DNA of 64,000 nt from Octopus sinensis. Lineage: Eukaryota. The stretch lies in assembly GCF_006345805.1 (NCBI RefSeq), contig NW_021833229.1:16846-80845 (forward strand), given 5' to 3'. Positions 39,177-55,685 of the stretch are shown here, piece by piece (within the stretch, counting starts at the first letter, position 1; each line of letters begins with the position of its first letter). The notes below the pieces were generated by a model. That model made no database searches. It was not told the origin of the DNA and saw only the letters and a list, made by a program, of their open reading frames with translations. A program made the translations under genes and the position numbers.

Positions 39177-39546
39177 TATATATAAATACAGTGTACATTT
39201 AAGCACATAAGAGGTATCCGTCATATGACTACTTTCACGCTAGAAGGAACAGCTAAAGTCCAAACCACTATTAGGGATAGAAACTCGAAGGGAATGAAAA
39301 ATAAAAACATTTTCCATCTATCTCCTGGACCACAGTTTCTGCCTTTTTTTTTAGCAAATAAAATAATTTGCTAGGCGAAGTCTTCATCAACAGGTACGCC
39401 TAGATTAAACATATAAGTACGAGGCAAATCCAGTATGTGCCTCTTGCTTATACGTTATAGTTTGTATACATTATACATTGCTTATACATTATAATTTGTA
39501 TAAAAATTTCTAAAATCTTTATTAACCCTGATATTATATATATATA

Positions 39547-39588
<42 letters not shown>

Positions 39589-39599
39589 TATATATATAC

Positions 39600-39940
39600 A
39601 CTCTTTACTCTCTTGTGCTCTTTTACTTGTTTCAGTCATGTGACTATGGCCATGCTGGAGCACCGCCTTTAGTCGAGCAAATCGACCATGTTACTTATTC
39701 TTTGTAAACCTAGTACTTATTCTATCGGTCTGTTTTGCCGAACTGCTAAGTTACAGGGACGTAAACACACCATCGGTTGTCAAAACAAGCATCGGTTGTC
39801 AAAACAAGCATCGGTTGTCAAGTGGTGTTGGGGGGACAAACACAGACACACAAACATATACACTCACATACATATATACGACGGGCTTCTTTCAGTTTCC
39901 TTCTACCAAATCCACTCACAAGGCTTTGGTCGGCCCGAGT
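39600..39940 (-). mobile_element. Family-2 SINE
   Basis: Matches the reverse complement of 28121-28600; short internal duplication of gcatcggttgtcaaaacaa. Confidence 0.8.
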
Positions 39941-40501
39941 CTTGTTTGTGTATTATGTTTGTTATTCTATTTAACAGAAAACAGATGAATAGTGCAATAC
40001 ACCATTTTCATTGAAAAGAAAAAAGAAAAATTAAGGCATAATATTTTACTTGTGTTTCACTAGTACTACTCTTTCTCATACCTTAACAATGCACATGCAG
40101 CAAAGATAATTTGGGTTGAGAGTTATGGCACTTTATGGCAACGATAATAATACCGCCGGGGACGATAATAACGATAACGATGACGGTAATAGTGTCGGCA
40201 ACGGTGGCGATGACGATAACGACGACAACGACGACGACGAGGAGGAGGAGGAGGATGCAGACGATGACGAGGAGAGGAAGAGGAAGAGGATTAGGAGGAC
40301 GACGATGACAGTTACAGAGATAGGTAATGATAAGAAGAATGCCAAGTGTCGACAATGTCTTTGAAATTTAAAATAACCCACTCCTCCCTTTCTATTTTTT
40401 GTCTCACGCGTATTGCGTGCGCACACGCGCGCACAAACACACACACAAATACACACGCACACACATACACCCATATATATTTACATTGTGTTTTTGCATA
40501 T

Positions 40502-40542
<41 letters not shown>

Positions 40543-40699
40543 CGCGCGCATGTATATATGTATGTACATGTTTGAAGAACGAGTAAAATATAGAACAAAA
40601 GAAGAAAAGTTAAAAAAATATTTAAAATATTGTGGTTCTAGAAGTGAAATAGATTGAAATGAAATTCCTTTGGTAATTCAAGTCAAATTTCGTTATTCG

Positions 40700-41266
40700 T
40701 TTGCTATACATACATACATACATACATACATACATACATACATACATACATACATACATACATACATACATACATACATAAATACATACATACATACATA
40801 CATGCATGCATGCATGCATACATACATACATACATACATACATGCATGCATACATACATACATACATACATACATACATACATACATGCATACATACATG
40901 CATACATACATACATACATGCATACATACATACATACATACATACATACATACATACATACATACATACATGCATGCATGCATACATACATGCATCCATG
41001 CATACATACATACATAATGCAGGCAGACAGACATACACACACACATACATACATGCATGCATATATACATACAGAGAGAGAGAAGGGAAGGAGAAAGAGC
41101 GAAACAAGAATATGTGTGTGTGTGTGTGCGTATGTGTGCGTGTGTGTGTGTGTGTGCGTATGTGTGCGTGTGTTTACGCGCGTGTGTGTGTGTGTGTGTG
41201 TGTGCATAATATGAATAATAGACGAAAAATAAAAATGAATAGCAGTAAATAAAAAATAATAAATAC

Positions 41267-41333
<67 letters not shown>

Positions 41334-41335
41334 GT
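40700..41335. repeat. (TACA)n, (TG)n and (AAT)n arrays
   Basis: Directly visible. Confidence 0.95.
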
Positions 41336-41785
41336 GCTAATAGTAATAATAATAAAAGACATTATGGCTTTCAGAGTAAAATATAATATTTCATTTTGGT
41401 TTCGTGATGATAAAGAAAATGGATAGCACTTAAGAGCATCATATTTGAATCACATACGTATACACGGAATAACTCACACACACACACACACAGACACAAC
41501 AACAACAACAACAACAACAACAACACATACCCACACATAGACACGCATGCACATATATAATATATATATATATATATGAAGATAAATTAAATCGTAAAAA
41601 TTCAAGGAATCGTATCTGTGGAAGCAGACTGAGTTTTGTAGAAATGTAATCATGTGTAAATGTCTGAGAAAAGATAGCATTAAAAAAAAAAAATGTGGCG
41701 TTGATGGAGATGAAGAAAGAGGAGGAAGAGCAGAATGGTGGGGAGGGGGAGGGGTCGTCGGGAGAAAATGGTAAAAATTCCTTAC

Positions 41786-42688
<903 letters not shown>

Positions 42689-43192
42689 TTGCTTTTCTAG
42701 CTCTACCTTTTTGTGCGCAACGATGTTGTTAAACCTCCGTTAACAGTCCTTTCCGTTTTCTTTTGCGCACGGCTACATTTTTCACTATAGATTTTAATGG
42801 TCGCAAAGACACTACTATCGGTGGAAAGGCTAAAAAAAGGCCTTCATAGAGAAAACTGTCCTTGTTCCCACTGCAGACGACACACAGCATTACAAAAACG
42901 GACCGCACACTCACCTTCACATTCCATGACTACCACTAGGATCGATCAGGAACCGAGCAAAGATTCTGGATTATTTTTTCCTGTTTTTTTTACTTAATTT
43001 TTGAGAGCGGTCGGGTTTATTTTTAGTATTCTCGTTTGTGAGTCGAGTTTATTTAAGATATTCTCATTTTAAAAATCATCCCCGGCTAATCGGTGAGAGG
43101 ACATTGGTGTTACCTTGGCGGAGATTTGCGCATTATGAGTGCTCTTATTATTATTGTTGTTGTCGTCGTCGTCGTCGTCGTTGTTGTTGTTG

Positions 43193-43235
<43 letters not shown>

Positions 43236-43237
43236 TA

Positions 43238-43790
43238 AGGCGGCGACCGAATATAATCATTAGCGCACCGGACAAAATGCTTAGCGGCATTTCATCTGAC
43301 TTAACGTTCTAAGATCGAATGCTGCCGAGATCGACATTGCCGTTCATCCTTTCAGGGTCGATAAAATGAGTATCAGTTAAGTATTAGGGTAAATATAATA
43401 GACTAAATCCCTTCCCGTAAATTTCAGGCTTTGTGCCTTTAGTAGGAAGGATGGCGGCATTTCATCTGTCTTTACGTTCTAAGTTTAAATTCCGCGCTGA
43501 TCAACTTTGCCTTTCATCCTTTCTCGACCGATAAAAATAATTAGCAGTTGTAATCGACATGCCCTCAACCCGGAAATTGCTGGCCTTGTGCCAAAATGAG
43601 AAAGAATTATTACTGGTAGAATCGTTAGCACGCCGGACAAAATACTTTGCAGCATTTCTTCTGACTCTTTACATTCCGAGTTCAAATTCCGCCGAGGTCG
43701 ATTTTGCCTTTCATCTTTTCTGTGTCGGTAAAATGAGTAGCACTCAATTATTGGGGTCGATGCAATCGACTAGTCCCTTCAAAACTTCTG
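43238..43790 (+). mobile_element. Cluster of three family-1 SINEs
   Basis: ttgcctttcatc core repeated three times. Confidence 0.8.
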
Positions 43791-43899
43791 TTCACATATC
43801 TATAGTTGAAAAAAAAAATTATTGTTACTTTTACGTTGTAATCGCCTCTGCTTTCTGCCTAAAATGAGTGGCATTGTACCAACATTAGATATTGTGTTA

Positions 43900-44800
43900 T
43901 TATGATTATTCGACGACTACGCGGTGCACGTATCTATTGATCTACTCAGATCAGATCACTCCCCTGTGTTGTTTCGGAAATGCCTCGATCTAAAGTTACA
44001 GACAATCTTCCTAGACCAGGCTATTAAGTGAACAGCAACAAAAGCAGTGCCTTCAAATTAAGGGCCATTTATGATTCAAATATGAGGAGCCATAGGATTT
44101 CTGCAAGCACATAGAAGCGTTCTTGGGGGTCGTATCGATCTTTAATGCAGTTGTGGGGGCTTTTTGTCTGGTAGAAAAATTCCATAGCTCGTCGAGCTAT
44201 CTCATTGATCGAGCTATAATTCTTGGTCAAGCAAAAGACACAACAATTCACCAAGTATCTGGAATGCTATTAGTCACTCACAAGCCTCTACAACCAATGA
44301 ACTTTCTAGCTTTTTATCGAGGAAAATAGTAAAGAAGTGTTGTAGCAGATCTATCTGATCTGTTTGAGAGGATTTTCGGTCCAAGGACTGTGGATAACTT
44401 CCACAGTCACTAGTCCGGGTGTGCTATTGAAGGAAATCGGTGGTTTGTGGAAAACTTTACGACTTCACCATTACCGATAGAGGACCTGTCTGACGTGGAT
44501 ACAATGACAAAACGGGTTCTGTACACGATTGTTTAGCGCCTGGGTATTACTGTACTGCGGTATAGGGCAGATCTAGTTATCGACCGAGTCTGTCGTGAAG
44601 TTCAACTCACTACCCTTCTTTTGTCGGAAATGGCAAGTTGTTTGTCTCAAATAGCTATGGCGAAAAAGGTAATATGGTGGACGCAACAGAAAGGACTATT
44701 GTTAGATATTTTCTCCTTCGGTCAAGCTCTCATTGACTTTTCAGGATCCACTTAGAAAAGGAGAGGAGTGTATAAAGTGGGGTGATGTCTAACAGTAAAT
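43900..44800 (+). pseudogene. Old Tx1-like LINE 3' fragment
   Basis: AMAKKVIWWTQQKGL...FSFGQALID parallels 34760-35370. Confidence 0.6.
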
Positions 44801-44981
44801 TTATCAAAAGATGAGTAACAGTTGCGAACACAGACTGAGTGATTGTACCTGTAAGCAGGTGTGCTCTTGCTGTTGGTTTCAATGTTGGGTGTATATGTGT
44901 ACGTGCGCGCGCGCATCTAGCATCAATATATGTATATATAGATCTTATACACACATACACACACGCACACACACACGCGCG

Positions 44982-45048
<67 letters not shown>

Positions 45049-45149
45049 TACATTTATATATGTACGTATAGATATTCACATATACATACATGTATCTCAC
45101 CATCAAATCAGATGTCAACTGCCAAAGTAACCCCTCTTCGCACACTTTC

Positions 45150-45545
45150 TTATTTCTTTATTGCCTGCAAGGGGCTAAACATAGAGGTGACAAACAAAGA
45201 CAGACAAAGGGATTAAGTCGATTACATCGATCTCAGTACGTAACTGGTGTTTAATTTATCTACCCCGAAAGGATGAAAGGCAAGGTCGACCTCGGCGGAA
45301 TTTGAGCTCAGGGCGTAGCGGCAGACGAAATACCTATTTCCTTACTACCCACAAGGGGCTAAACACTGAGAGGACAAACAAGGTCAGACAAACGGATTAA
45401 GTCGATTATATCGACCCCAGTGCGTAACTGGTACTTATTTAATCGACCCCGAAAGGATGAAAGGCAAAGTCGACCTCGGCGGAATTTGAACTCAGAACAT
45501 TTCGCCGAGCGTGCTAACGTTTCTGCCAATTTGCCGCCTTCACAC
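45150..45545 (-). mobile_element. Two family-1 SINEs
   Basis: gaaaggatgaaaggcaaagtcgacctcggcggaatttga occurs twice. Confidence 0.82.
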
Positions 45546-46094
45546 ACTTTCTTATACTCCAGATTTTCCACCACCTTCTATAATTCACTGTGACCACAGT
45601 CCAGTTGTGCAACCAGGCTCACAGGTTGTGAGTCATCTGTCTGCACGAATCATTCCATCCATTTACTAATGATTCGCATCAGCTGTCGCACTTGATAGTC
45701 TCTCCACCGTGTAGTGTTTGCCTTCAATGCTGGTTTCCCCTTCTTTAAACTTATTCATGCCTCTCTGCACATTCTTCTCGCTTTAACATTTTTACAGTTC
45801 GTCTTCGTAAGAATTTCAGCGTGAAGCACACAGTCACACTAAATATTTCTTAGAAGGAACTGCTGGTAACCCATGTAGACATACTCAAAAGATATAAGGT
45901 GACGGTTATAAGCTAAACTTCACAGTTATACAAGAGAGTGGTGACACAGAATACTTTGGTAAATGACGATTTTTGAGGAAGAATTGACGTTCTTGTTTGG
46001 AAAGACTGAACTGACGTCTTCAAAAGCAGTCAATGCCTGTTTGATCCCAAATGATGTTGGTAATGCTGCCATTCTCGGCGGGCGGGAATGCTCT

Positions 46095-46129
46095 CTATAC
46101 ATACATACATACATACATACATACATACA

Positions 46130-46162
<33 letters not shown>

Positions 46163-46333
46163 GCCTACGTACGTACATGCACACATACATACATACATAC
46201 ATACATACATACATACATACATACATACATACATACATACGTACATACATACGTACATACATACATACGTACGTACATACACACATACATACGAACGTAC
46301 ATACATACATACGAATATGCATACATACATACA

Positions 46334-46385
<52 letters not shown>

Positions 46386-46410
46386 TACGTACGTACATGC
46401 ATGCATACAT

Positions 46411-46441
<31 letters not shown>

Positions 46442-46573
46442 TACATACATACATACATACATACATACACACATACATACATATATATATATATACGTAC
46501 GTACGAACATGCACACATACATACATACATACATACATACATACATACATACACGCATACATACACGCATACA

Positions 46574-46609
<36 letters not shown>

Positions 46610-46656
46610 TATATATACGTACGTACGTACATGCATGCATGCATACATACATACAT

Positions 46657-46687
<31 letters not shown>

Positions 46688-46950
46688 TACATACATACAT
46701 ATATATATATATAATATATATACGTACGTACGAACATGCACACATACATACATACATACATACATACATACATACATACATACATACATACATACATACA
46801 TACATACATACACGCATACATACACGCATACATACATACATACATACATACATACATACATACATACACGCATACATACACGCATACATACATACATACA
46901 TACATACATACATACATACATACATACATACATACATACATACATACATA
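46095..46950. repeat. ~850-bp (TACA)n array
   Basis: Directly visible. Confidence 0.95.
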
Positions 46951-47107
46951 CACCCACATCATAAGCTGCTGTCCGAAAATATCACGTTATTATCAACCGG
47001 TGAGACATGACCTCGTAGTCGAAACACTATACAATGAGATCCGTCGGAAAGATAATCATGAGAGCAAACTTATATGAACATCCAGTGCAGTCGAGATCAT
47101 AACTATA

Positions 47108-47501
47108 TCTCTATATATATATATATATAAACGGCAGTTTGTCTGTGTGTGTTTCTGTGTGTCTGTTAGGTTGTACCCTCACCCTGACCACGGCTTTCAA
47201 CCGATTCTGATGAAACTTGACACACACATAGCCCAATGTCATAATTCCAAACTAACGCAGCGAAAATTTTGAAAAGTTCCCCCAGTTCTGAAAAGAAAAT
47301 CGATAAATTCGACATGGGGTCGAGAATCAGAAACGCAAACCACAGACTGTCTAGGGGACGCAACTCGACCTTTTTTACTCTCAAAAAAATTTTACCATCA
47401 TTTTTTTCCCATTTTTTTGCTATTTTTTGGCTATAACTCTCTAAAAATGCTTTATAGTTATTTCCCTTACAAACCCGAGCAACGCCGGGCGATACTGCTA
47501 G
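47108..47501 (+). mobile_element. Non-autonomous Helitron
   Basis: A|TCTCTATATAT start; ...CCCGAGCAACGCCGGGCGATACTGCTAG|T end. Confidence 0.88.
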
Positions 47502-47927
47502 TTAATAATATAAAAGGGTATTTGATGGAAAGTCCCCATGAAAACCTCAGTAAACTACAAACATAAAAGAGTAGACGTGGAGATTTGGAATAGATAAGAG
47601 AAACTATGTATAGCAGTGGAAATTCTATTCTCAAAGTTATTCTTATACATTATAAACCAATTATAATTTCAATGTTACATTAATTAACTCCTGCACATAA
47701 GCACATGAGTATTCTGATTTTCTTCCTGCAATTATCCTGGAAATTTTTTCATGTTAGAGGGAGGACCCTGCTCTCAAAGAATTAAGGCATTATTTCCTCC
47801 CTCCTATCTCACTCTGCCAAATGCTTTGTTGTTTCTGCGAAGAGCAAATTTTGTCAAACTGTTTTCTTTTTGCTGTGTTTTTTTTTCTATTGCTGGATAA
47901 CTTTTTTGTGTGTTCAAGCAAATGTGC

Positions 47928-48025
<98 letters not shown>

Positions 48026-48479
48026 GTTGAAGAGCAACGAAACAGAAAACGACTACGATAAACAATTGAGAAATTTACGGATACTCCATCTGGATTTCAA
48101 GTTCATATTGGGACATTAAGATATGTAACCAACTGTTTCAGTCCCAATCTTAGAAATTAAGGTTCTCAAAACGAGAAAGGAGAAAACTATTTGCAAGACT
48201 ACAGATCAATGGAACTGTCAAACTACGTAAAACATTTAATCAGTTTAGCATATATGTGCATATGCACATGTCTAGACAAATAACTATATTTTATAAGTAT
48301 ACATACACCAAACAAAAACTTTCCAAATACTTGCACGTATACACAGTACATTGACAACTACCCTGTTGGTGCTGATGTAATTGCAATGAATTATTGAAAC
48401 TAGGTTAGAAACCGGCTCTTTCCGCATTGGCGAGAAATCTAGTAATAAAACTAAATAGCATACATACAGACAGGCAGAA

Positions 48480-48735
48480 ACACACACACCCGCACGCACT
48501 CACACACACACACATATACATACCAAATACATACATACACATATATATATACCTACCTACATACACACACATACAAACATACATGCAATCATTCATACAA
48601 ACACGCACACATCACATATGTAATTACTTACATAAACACACACGCACACACGCACACACACACATACACACAATTATATATGTACACGTTCGTGCACACA
48701 CTCACACTTACTCTCTGATTCAACACACACACACA

Positions 48736-48805
<70 letters not shown>

Positions 48806-49491
48806 TGTATATATGTCCATGATGAGTTCGTGAGCGTGTTTAAGACAGAAAAAAGGGGGAAAAAAGAGATATTGTAAGAGAAAATCCGTGAAATGTTGGT
48901 GAGAGGCGTGTCAGTCCAACATGGCTGACGTTTGAAAATGCCTGCAAAACATGAGTGAAAAATACCAAAAGATTATTACAAAATGGCAAACGTTACATCC
49001 GGGGTTTCATGATGAACGGTTTAGGCGGCTAATGTTTTCTAATCAAGAACAAAGAAGGAGAAATAATAATATTGAATTACGCGTGGTAAAAATTCCTCGT
49101 TGTAAGCCTCCCTACACCATTAAATAAACAAAATAAAAAAAATAAACGGTATAAATGTAGAAAGTATAATTGCTTTAACAAGAAACTATCAGATAGTTTA
49201 AAAACACACACGCACACATGCACACATACACGTATACACACACTTACACGCAGGTCGTTCCATACACGTGTAAATACATACGTACATGCATAATTACATA
49301 CATAGCACACGCACACATTCATCTTCTCTCTTAAATACACATACACACATATACAGATGTGTGTGTGTGCATATATGTTGTGTGTGCACAATACATCCAT
49401 ACTAGTACACACATTCAAACTCACACATACTCACATATACATACATACAAACACATATATATATACATATGCATATACATACATGCATACA

Positions 49492-49525
<34 letters not shown>

Positions 49526-51075
49526 CATACATACATACATACATACATGCATACATACATATATACATACATACATACATGCATACATACATACATACAT
49601 ATATACATATATATATAAAATCATGCATAAACACATACATAGATTCGTACAAACAACGTAGCGACCTACATCACAAACATACACATATATACATAAGCAC
49701 ATGCAAACATACATACATACATGAATATATACACATACATACATATACATACATATATACACTCGTTCATACATGCACATATACACATGCATACATACAT
49801 GCATACACTCACATATACACACATACATACATACATTACATACACACATACATGCGTAATACATACATGCAAACATACATTGCATACATACATACATACA
49901 TACATACATACATACTACATACATACATACATACTACATACATACATACATACATAAATACATACATACATACATGCATACATACATACATACATACATA
50001 CATACATACATACATACATACATACATACATACATACATACATACATACATACATACATACATACATAAAGTGATTGACTTTTATTGTGAAGAATTCAAC
50101 GGACAGAATTAAAACGTATGTGTGAGTGTGTGAGTGTGTGAGTGAGTGTGTATGTGTTGTATTGGTGTATATAAGTATACATGTATATATGTAAACATCT
50201 ATGAATACACACGCACACATACACATATATGCATACGACTACACACATGTACACATGTGCGTGTGTGAATGTTTTTGTATGTATGTCAGTGTGTGTATAT
50301 ATAAATATCTTTCAGTGCACGTATGTATGGATGTACCTATGTATACACAAATACATACATATATACACATACGTATATGCATGTATGTATGTATGTATGT
50401 ATGTATGTATGTATGTATGTATGTATGTATGTATGTATGTACGTATGTACGTGTGTATGTATGTATGTATGTATTTATGTATGTATGTATGTATGTATGT
50501 GTGTGTGTATGTATGCATGTATGTATGTATTTATGTATGTATGTGTGTTTGTATGTATGTATGTATTTATGTATGTATGTATGTATGTATGTATGTATGT
50601 ATGTATGTATGTATGTATGTATGTATGTATGTATGTATGCATGCATGCATGTATGTATGTACCTCAGTTTAATCTAATATGTTCTTTTAATAAGAAGCTT
50701 TTGTTTCGTGTCTCTGCAGAAATGTTCTCTTTTATATATTTATGCATTCATCATATCTGTTTCCATCATATGCTAGTTTAGACGGAAACATTTTTGTGTG
50801 TAGATTTATTAAAAATACAAGAGACGAATAAATAGGCTATATTAAATGTACATTATTCCTTTTGAGACGGTGAGAAAATTAAAATGGCTTTGAGTGCAGC
50901 AAATTTTAAACAAAATAAAAACAAAAACAAAAAAGGTAAATTTAAAATGAACATTTGTCGAGTGCGAATGAAAATTGTGTTGTTGATTACACCCGCGTCG
51001 TTTACATTTGAAATTCAATAGAACGCACTTGTAATTATAATTATTGTTAGCTACATAATAATAATGATAACAATG

Positions 51076-51139
<64 letters not shown>

Positions 51140-51146
51140 CAATAAT

Positions 51147-51182
<36 letters not shown>

Positions 51183-51274
51183 AATAATAATGATGATGAT
51201 GATGATGATGACGACAACAACAACAACAACAATAACGATGGTGATGTGATGGTGATGATAATGATTATGAAGGC

Positions 51275-51308
<34 letters not shown>

Positions 51309-51377
51309 GTGATGATGATAGAGGTGGTGGTGGTGGTGGTGGTGGGGTGGGGAGGTGATGGCGGTGGTGGTGATAGT

Positions 51378-51408
<31 letters not shown>

Positions 51409-51514
51409 GCAACAACAACATCAACAGTAACAACAACAGCATCAATACAGTCTGATATTAAGTTTCCGCTTTTACTCTAGACTAATATTACAGCAAACAA
51501 ATAAAAAAAAGAGA

Positions 51515-51589
<75 letters not shown>

Positions 51590-51730
51590 CATATATATAT
51601 ACATATATATATCTACATAATTATATATATACATATACATACATATATACATATATACACGTATATACATATATGTTACTATATATATATATATATATAT
51701 ACATATACATACATACATATATATATTGTT
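48480..51730. repeat. Compound microsatellite field ((CA)n, (TACA)n, (TATG)n, (AAT)n, (TA)n)
   Basis: Directly visible. Confidence 0.9.
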
Positions 51731-52254
51731 GATATTGTTTCGATATTGTTACGTATTTATGTCTTATTTTTCTTCAAATCGATGTGTGTGTGTGTGTGTG
51801 TGTGTGTGCATGTATACACGCATATACAATTACTGTGTACATATTCATACATACAAAATAAAACGTTGCCTGTCAGTGGTTCTGATATATTATTTTCTGA
51901 TGCCCAGAAAGAGTTACAGTGCGTTCAGTTTGACGGCGTCAACATGGAAGTCGCCTTGAGACTCTACCTTCGGAAATTCCTATAGGCTTTTTATTTGCAC
52001 TTCTAATTATTTTGTGAAAAAACAAAAATGCGTAGATATGTTAAAGACATATCTACTTTTTTTTTTTTTTAATATTTTTATTACTAGAAATGATTATGAC
52101 ATGACAAAATGATGCGAAAACACACACACACACAAAACAAAAACAAAAAATAAATAATAGAATAAAAGAAAGAAAAAACAATAAAGTTATGATACTACTT
52201 CAACTTGGCGTCAATAATAAAATCTTGTTTGAGGACATATCGCCAAAACCGACG

Positions 52255-52335
<81 letters not shown>

Positions 52336-53684
52336 TGATGATGATGATGATATTCGTATCGACGAAATTCCAAATTGAACGCATACATGTTAAACAGTGA
52401 GAAACAATATTCTGTCTATCTTATTCTAATCATAGAAACACATGGCTTAAAAGCTCCTTGCTTCTGCAATTAATTCTAGGTTTCTAAATCACTGATAACT
52501 TATTTTGTTAATCTCATATTTTATATCACAGTACTATAATTTGCTTCAAAGACTAGTTTCGTTCTTTTGACTCAGAAGATCTTTCCACCCTAAGCGACTT
52601 GCAATAGTTTGCTCCAAAGACCGGTTTTGGTCTTTGTAGCCTAAATCTATTTGCGCGAAACGACTGCTGTGTCTCATCAAAACTCAAGTGTGATCCACAA
52701 AGGGACACTTTGATAAATACACAGGTTTCGCACCCCAAACGTCTATGACTAATTTAATGAGTTACTAACACCTAGAGAAGAAGACATTTAGTCATGCTTC
52801 CTGTTACATTTATACTTTGGGCAACGTGGCCTATTTCAGTAAAAAGTGTTATTATTTGCAGCGATATATCTGGATGCCAGTGGTTTATCTTGAATTTATT
52901 GAAAGAATTTTTCCACGAATTGTTTGAATGTTATAAGGTCATCTTCTTCTCTTATGTATCATAGCATGTTGTGGAAGAAAACAAAGCTAGTTGATGTTGA
53001 AATAGTTCTAAGTATTGTGACGCGAGAGAGCTCAATTTTCGAAGAGGAAGAATGGCACGGGGCCAAGCTCTGGGGGAATTTTAAAGATGATACCAATATA
53101 ATTTGGGCAACGTTAATGGAAAAATTTTCACGCCATGCAAATGATAAAGCACTCACAGCTGCTATACAAGCAAATACTCTAAACTGCATCATGGAAAGCT
53201 ATTTGGTTATTTAGCAAGGGCAGACACCAACATATTCCAACCTCTATCCACTAGACAATCGGTCCCCTCAATTTGCTCTTTCTTCCACTATAACAGTGAC
53301 CATCAACTCACAAGATCTATCTCGTTACATACCTCCTCCACCAAAGCACACCAGCTCATCTGTCTCTCCTGCCGACACTCGCTCTGTATCTCTCCTTCCA
53401 TCTCCGCACTAAGCACTTCGTATCAGTCCTTCCACACCTCTGCTTTTCCTGCAGACGTTGTCTTATACATGAGTAATCTTAACCTCAACCGAAACAATTT
53501 TACCAGAATCGGAAGTCCTGATAGATGAAAGATATTATATGCATGCATGTATGTATGTATGTATGTATGTATGTATGTATGTATGTATGTATGGGGAGAA
53601 TTCACAAAATAAAGCAAAAGAAAAAGACAGGTGGTGTAGACAGCAAACAGATGTATTAGTATAACGCTCGGGAAGTGAAAAAGT

Positions 53685-53720
53685 CTTTAACGTTTCGAGC
53701 CTACGCTCTTCCACAGAAAG
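53685..53720 (-). ncRNA. PLE-type hammerhead-like motif, family E, with variant core CUGUGGA
   Basis: CUUU-CUGUGGA-A-GAGC GUAG GCUC-GAAACGUU^AAAG: stems I, II and palindromic III are present, but A6 is replaced by U. Confidence 0.55.
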
Positions 53721-53923
53721 GAACACAGAAAGAAATAAGGAGAGAAAATAAAGAGAGAAAATAAAGAATGTGTAGTGGCTAGCGATCTATCATGGCGAAG
53801 GCCGGACAGATGTATGTATGTATGTATGTATGTATGTATGTATGTATGTATGTATGTATGTATGTATGTATGTATGTGTATGTATGTATGTGTGTGTGTG
53901 TGTGTGTGGTGGTGGTGTGTGTA

Positions 53924-53961
<38 letters not shown>

Positions 53962-53989
53962 GAGCTCAACACTGATAAGCGACAATAGC

Positions 53990-54300
53990 ATAAGCAGAAG
54001 AAAAGGTATAAAGACTGTGTGAAGGAAAACCTGAAGAAACTAGATACGAACAAAAGTGATTGGGAAAGTGATGTTCTAGATCGGAACAAGTGGAGAGGTG
54101 CTGTTACGACTGGTTGCAATGCCTGGGAGGAAAAGATGATTCAGCACTCTGAGCTTAAAAGGGCCTGCCACAAAGGAACAGTTTGAACTGAAATCAGCAG
54201 TGAACGTTGGATATGTATATATGTGATCATGTTCTGATGTCAAAAGCTGGATTCGTGAATCATATGAAGTCACATGAAAGTTGAAATGCCCAGGTAGGTA
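53990..54300 (+). pseudogene. RTE-clade LINE 3' end
   Basis: KQKKRYKDCVKENLKKLDTNKSDWESDVLDRNKWRGAV is typical of the RTE C-terminus. Confidence 0.8.
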
Positions 54301-54741
54301 ATAATCTTGAACACCAACCGCCTCTTATGATTTGTGTCACAAAACTTGTAAGACAATATCTGGACATCAAAAACATGCTAGTTCACAAAATTATTCCTTC
54401 AGAATCAGATTCCAAAGTGCAAAGTTATAGAAAAAAGTTGAATAATATGTCACTTGTGTTTTAAACCCTGTCAGACAGCAGCTGGTTAAGGATTGTGCTG
54501 TGTGATCGGGTGTCGGATGTGTGTTGATGGGACTGCTGAATTTGAAGAAATATTTTATTTTTAGTGTAAGGGTCAATAAGTATGTGAATGTTTGGGAGTG
54601 TTTATGGGGATGCTTAGATAAAATATTTGTGTGTCTGTGAGAGTATGTATGATTGTATGTATATATGCGTGCGTATGTTTTGTGTGTATCAGTTTCTATA
54701 ATACGTCTAATTTGGATAATATTTATATATATCATCATCAT

Positions 54742-54790
<49 letters not shown>

Positions 54791-54883
54791 ATATACACAC
54801 ATCTTTGTATATATTTAATTTTGGGGGGAAATATTTTACTTCAGTAGAATATATATATATATATATATAATATATATATATAT

Positions 54884-54948
<65 letters not shown>

Positions 54949-55037
54949 GATGGATGGATGGATGGATGGATGGATATATATATATGTTTGCATATGTTTA
55001 ATTTTGGGGAAACTTCTTATTTCAATGAAGCGTATTT

Positions 55038-55104
<67 letters not shown>

Positions 55105-55105
55105 T

Positions 55106-55138
<33 letters not shown>

Positions 55139-55217
55139 GTTAATAAAATAGAATATATGCATATATATAAACATATATGTACGTACCTACCTCTACATGT
55201 ACTATACACACACCACA

Positions 55218-55249
<32 letters not shown>

Positions 55250-55255
55250 TATATT

Positions 55256-55288
<33 letters not shown>

Positions 55289-55311
55289 ATTTATATATAT
55301 ATAATATTTAT

Positions 55312-55350
<39 letters not shown>

Positions 55351-55404
55351 ATTTATATATATATATATTTATATATATATATATTATATATTTTATATAA
55401 TATA

Positions 55405-55449
<45 letters not shown>

Positions 55450-55602
55450 ATATATCGTGACGCATATTTGCCATTTGAATATGGCTTACCCATAAGGGTG
55501 GATGCTACTGTAGTTTGTAGCCCCAGGAAGATATCTCCTCCAGCTGGCTATAGACACACTATCTGTGTACACTCAGTATTTGTGAAGGGGAGTCATCCTC
55601 CC

Positions 55603-55685
55603 CGTCTTCAACACATGATACACACGTACCCGAGTTTCAAGGTGTTTACCTTTCATCAGCGTGTGACAATCATGGTTGTCGACGA
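55603..55685 (-). ncRNA. Type I hammerhead ribozyme, family A, intact canonical core
   Basis: CACACG-CUGAUGA-AAGGU AAAC ACCUU-GAAA-CUCGGG-UA^CGUGUG. Stem I extends through AUGAU/AUCAU, CAAC/GUUG and CGUC/GACG; cleavage predicted between 55627 and 55626. Confidence 0.9.

Noticed and set aside
55454-55685. U2 snRNA, 5S rRNA or tRNA as the Tx1 target
   Set aside because: No similarity to those RNAs by eye; the sequence instead folds as a hammerhead.
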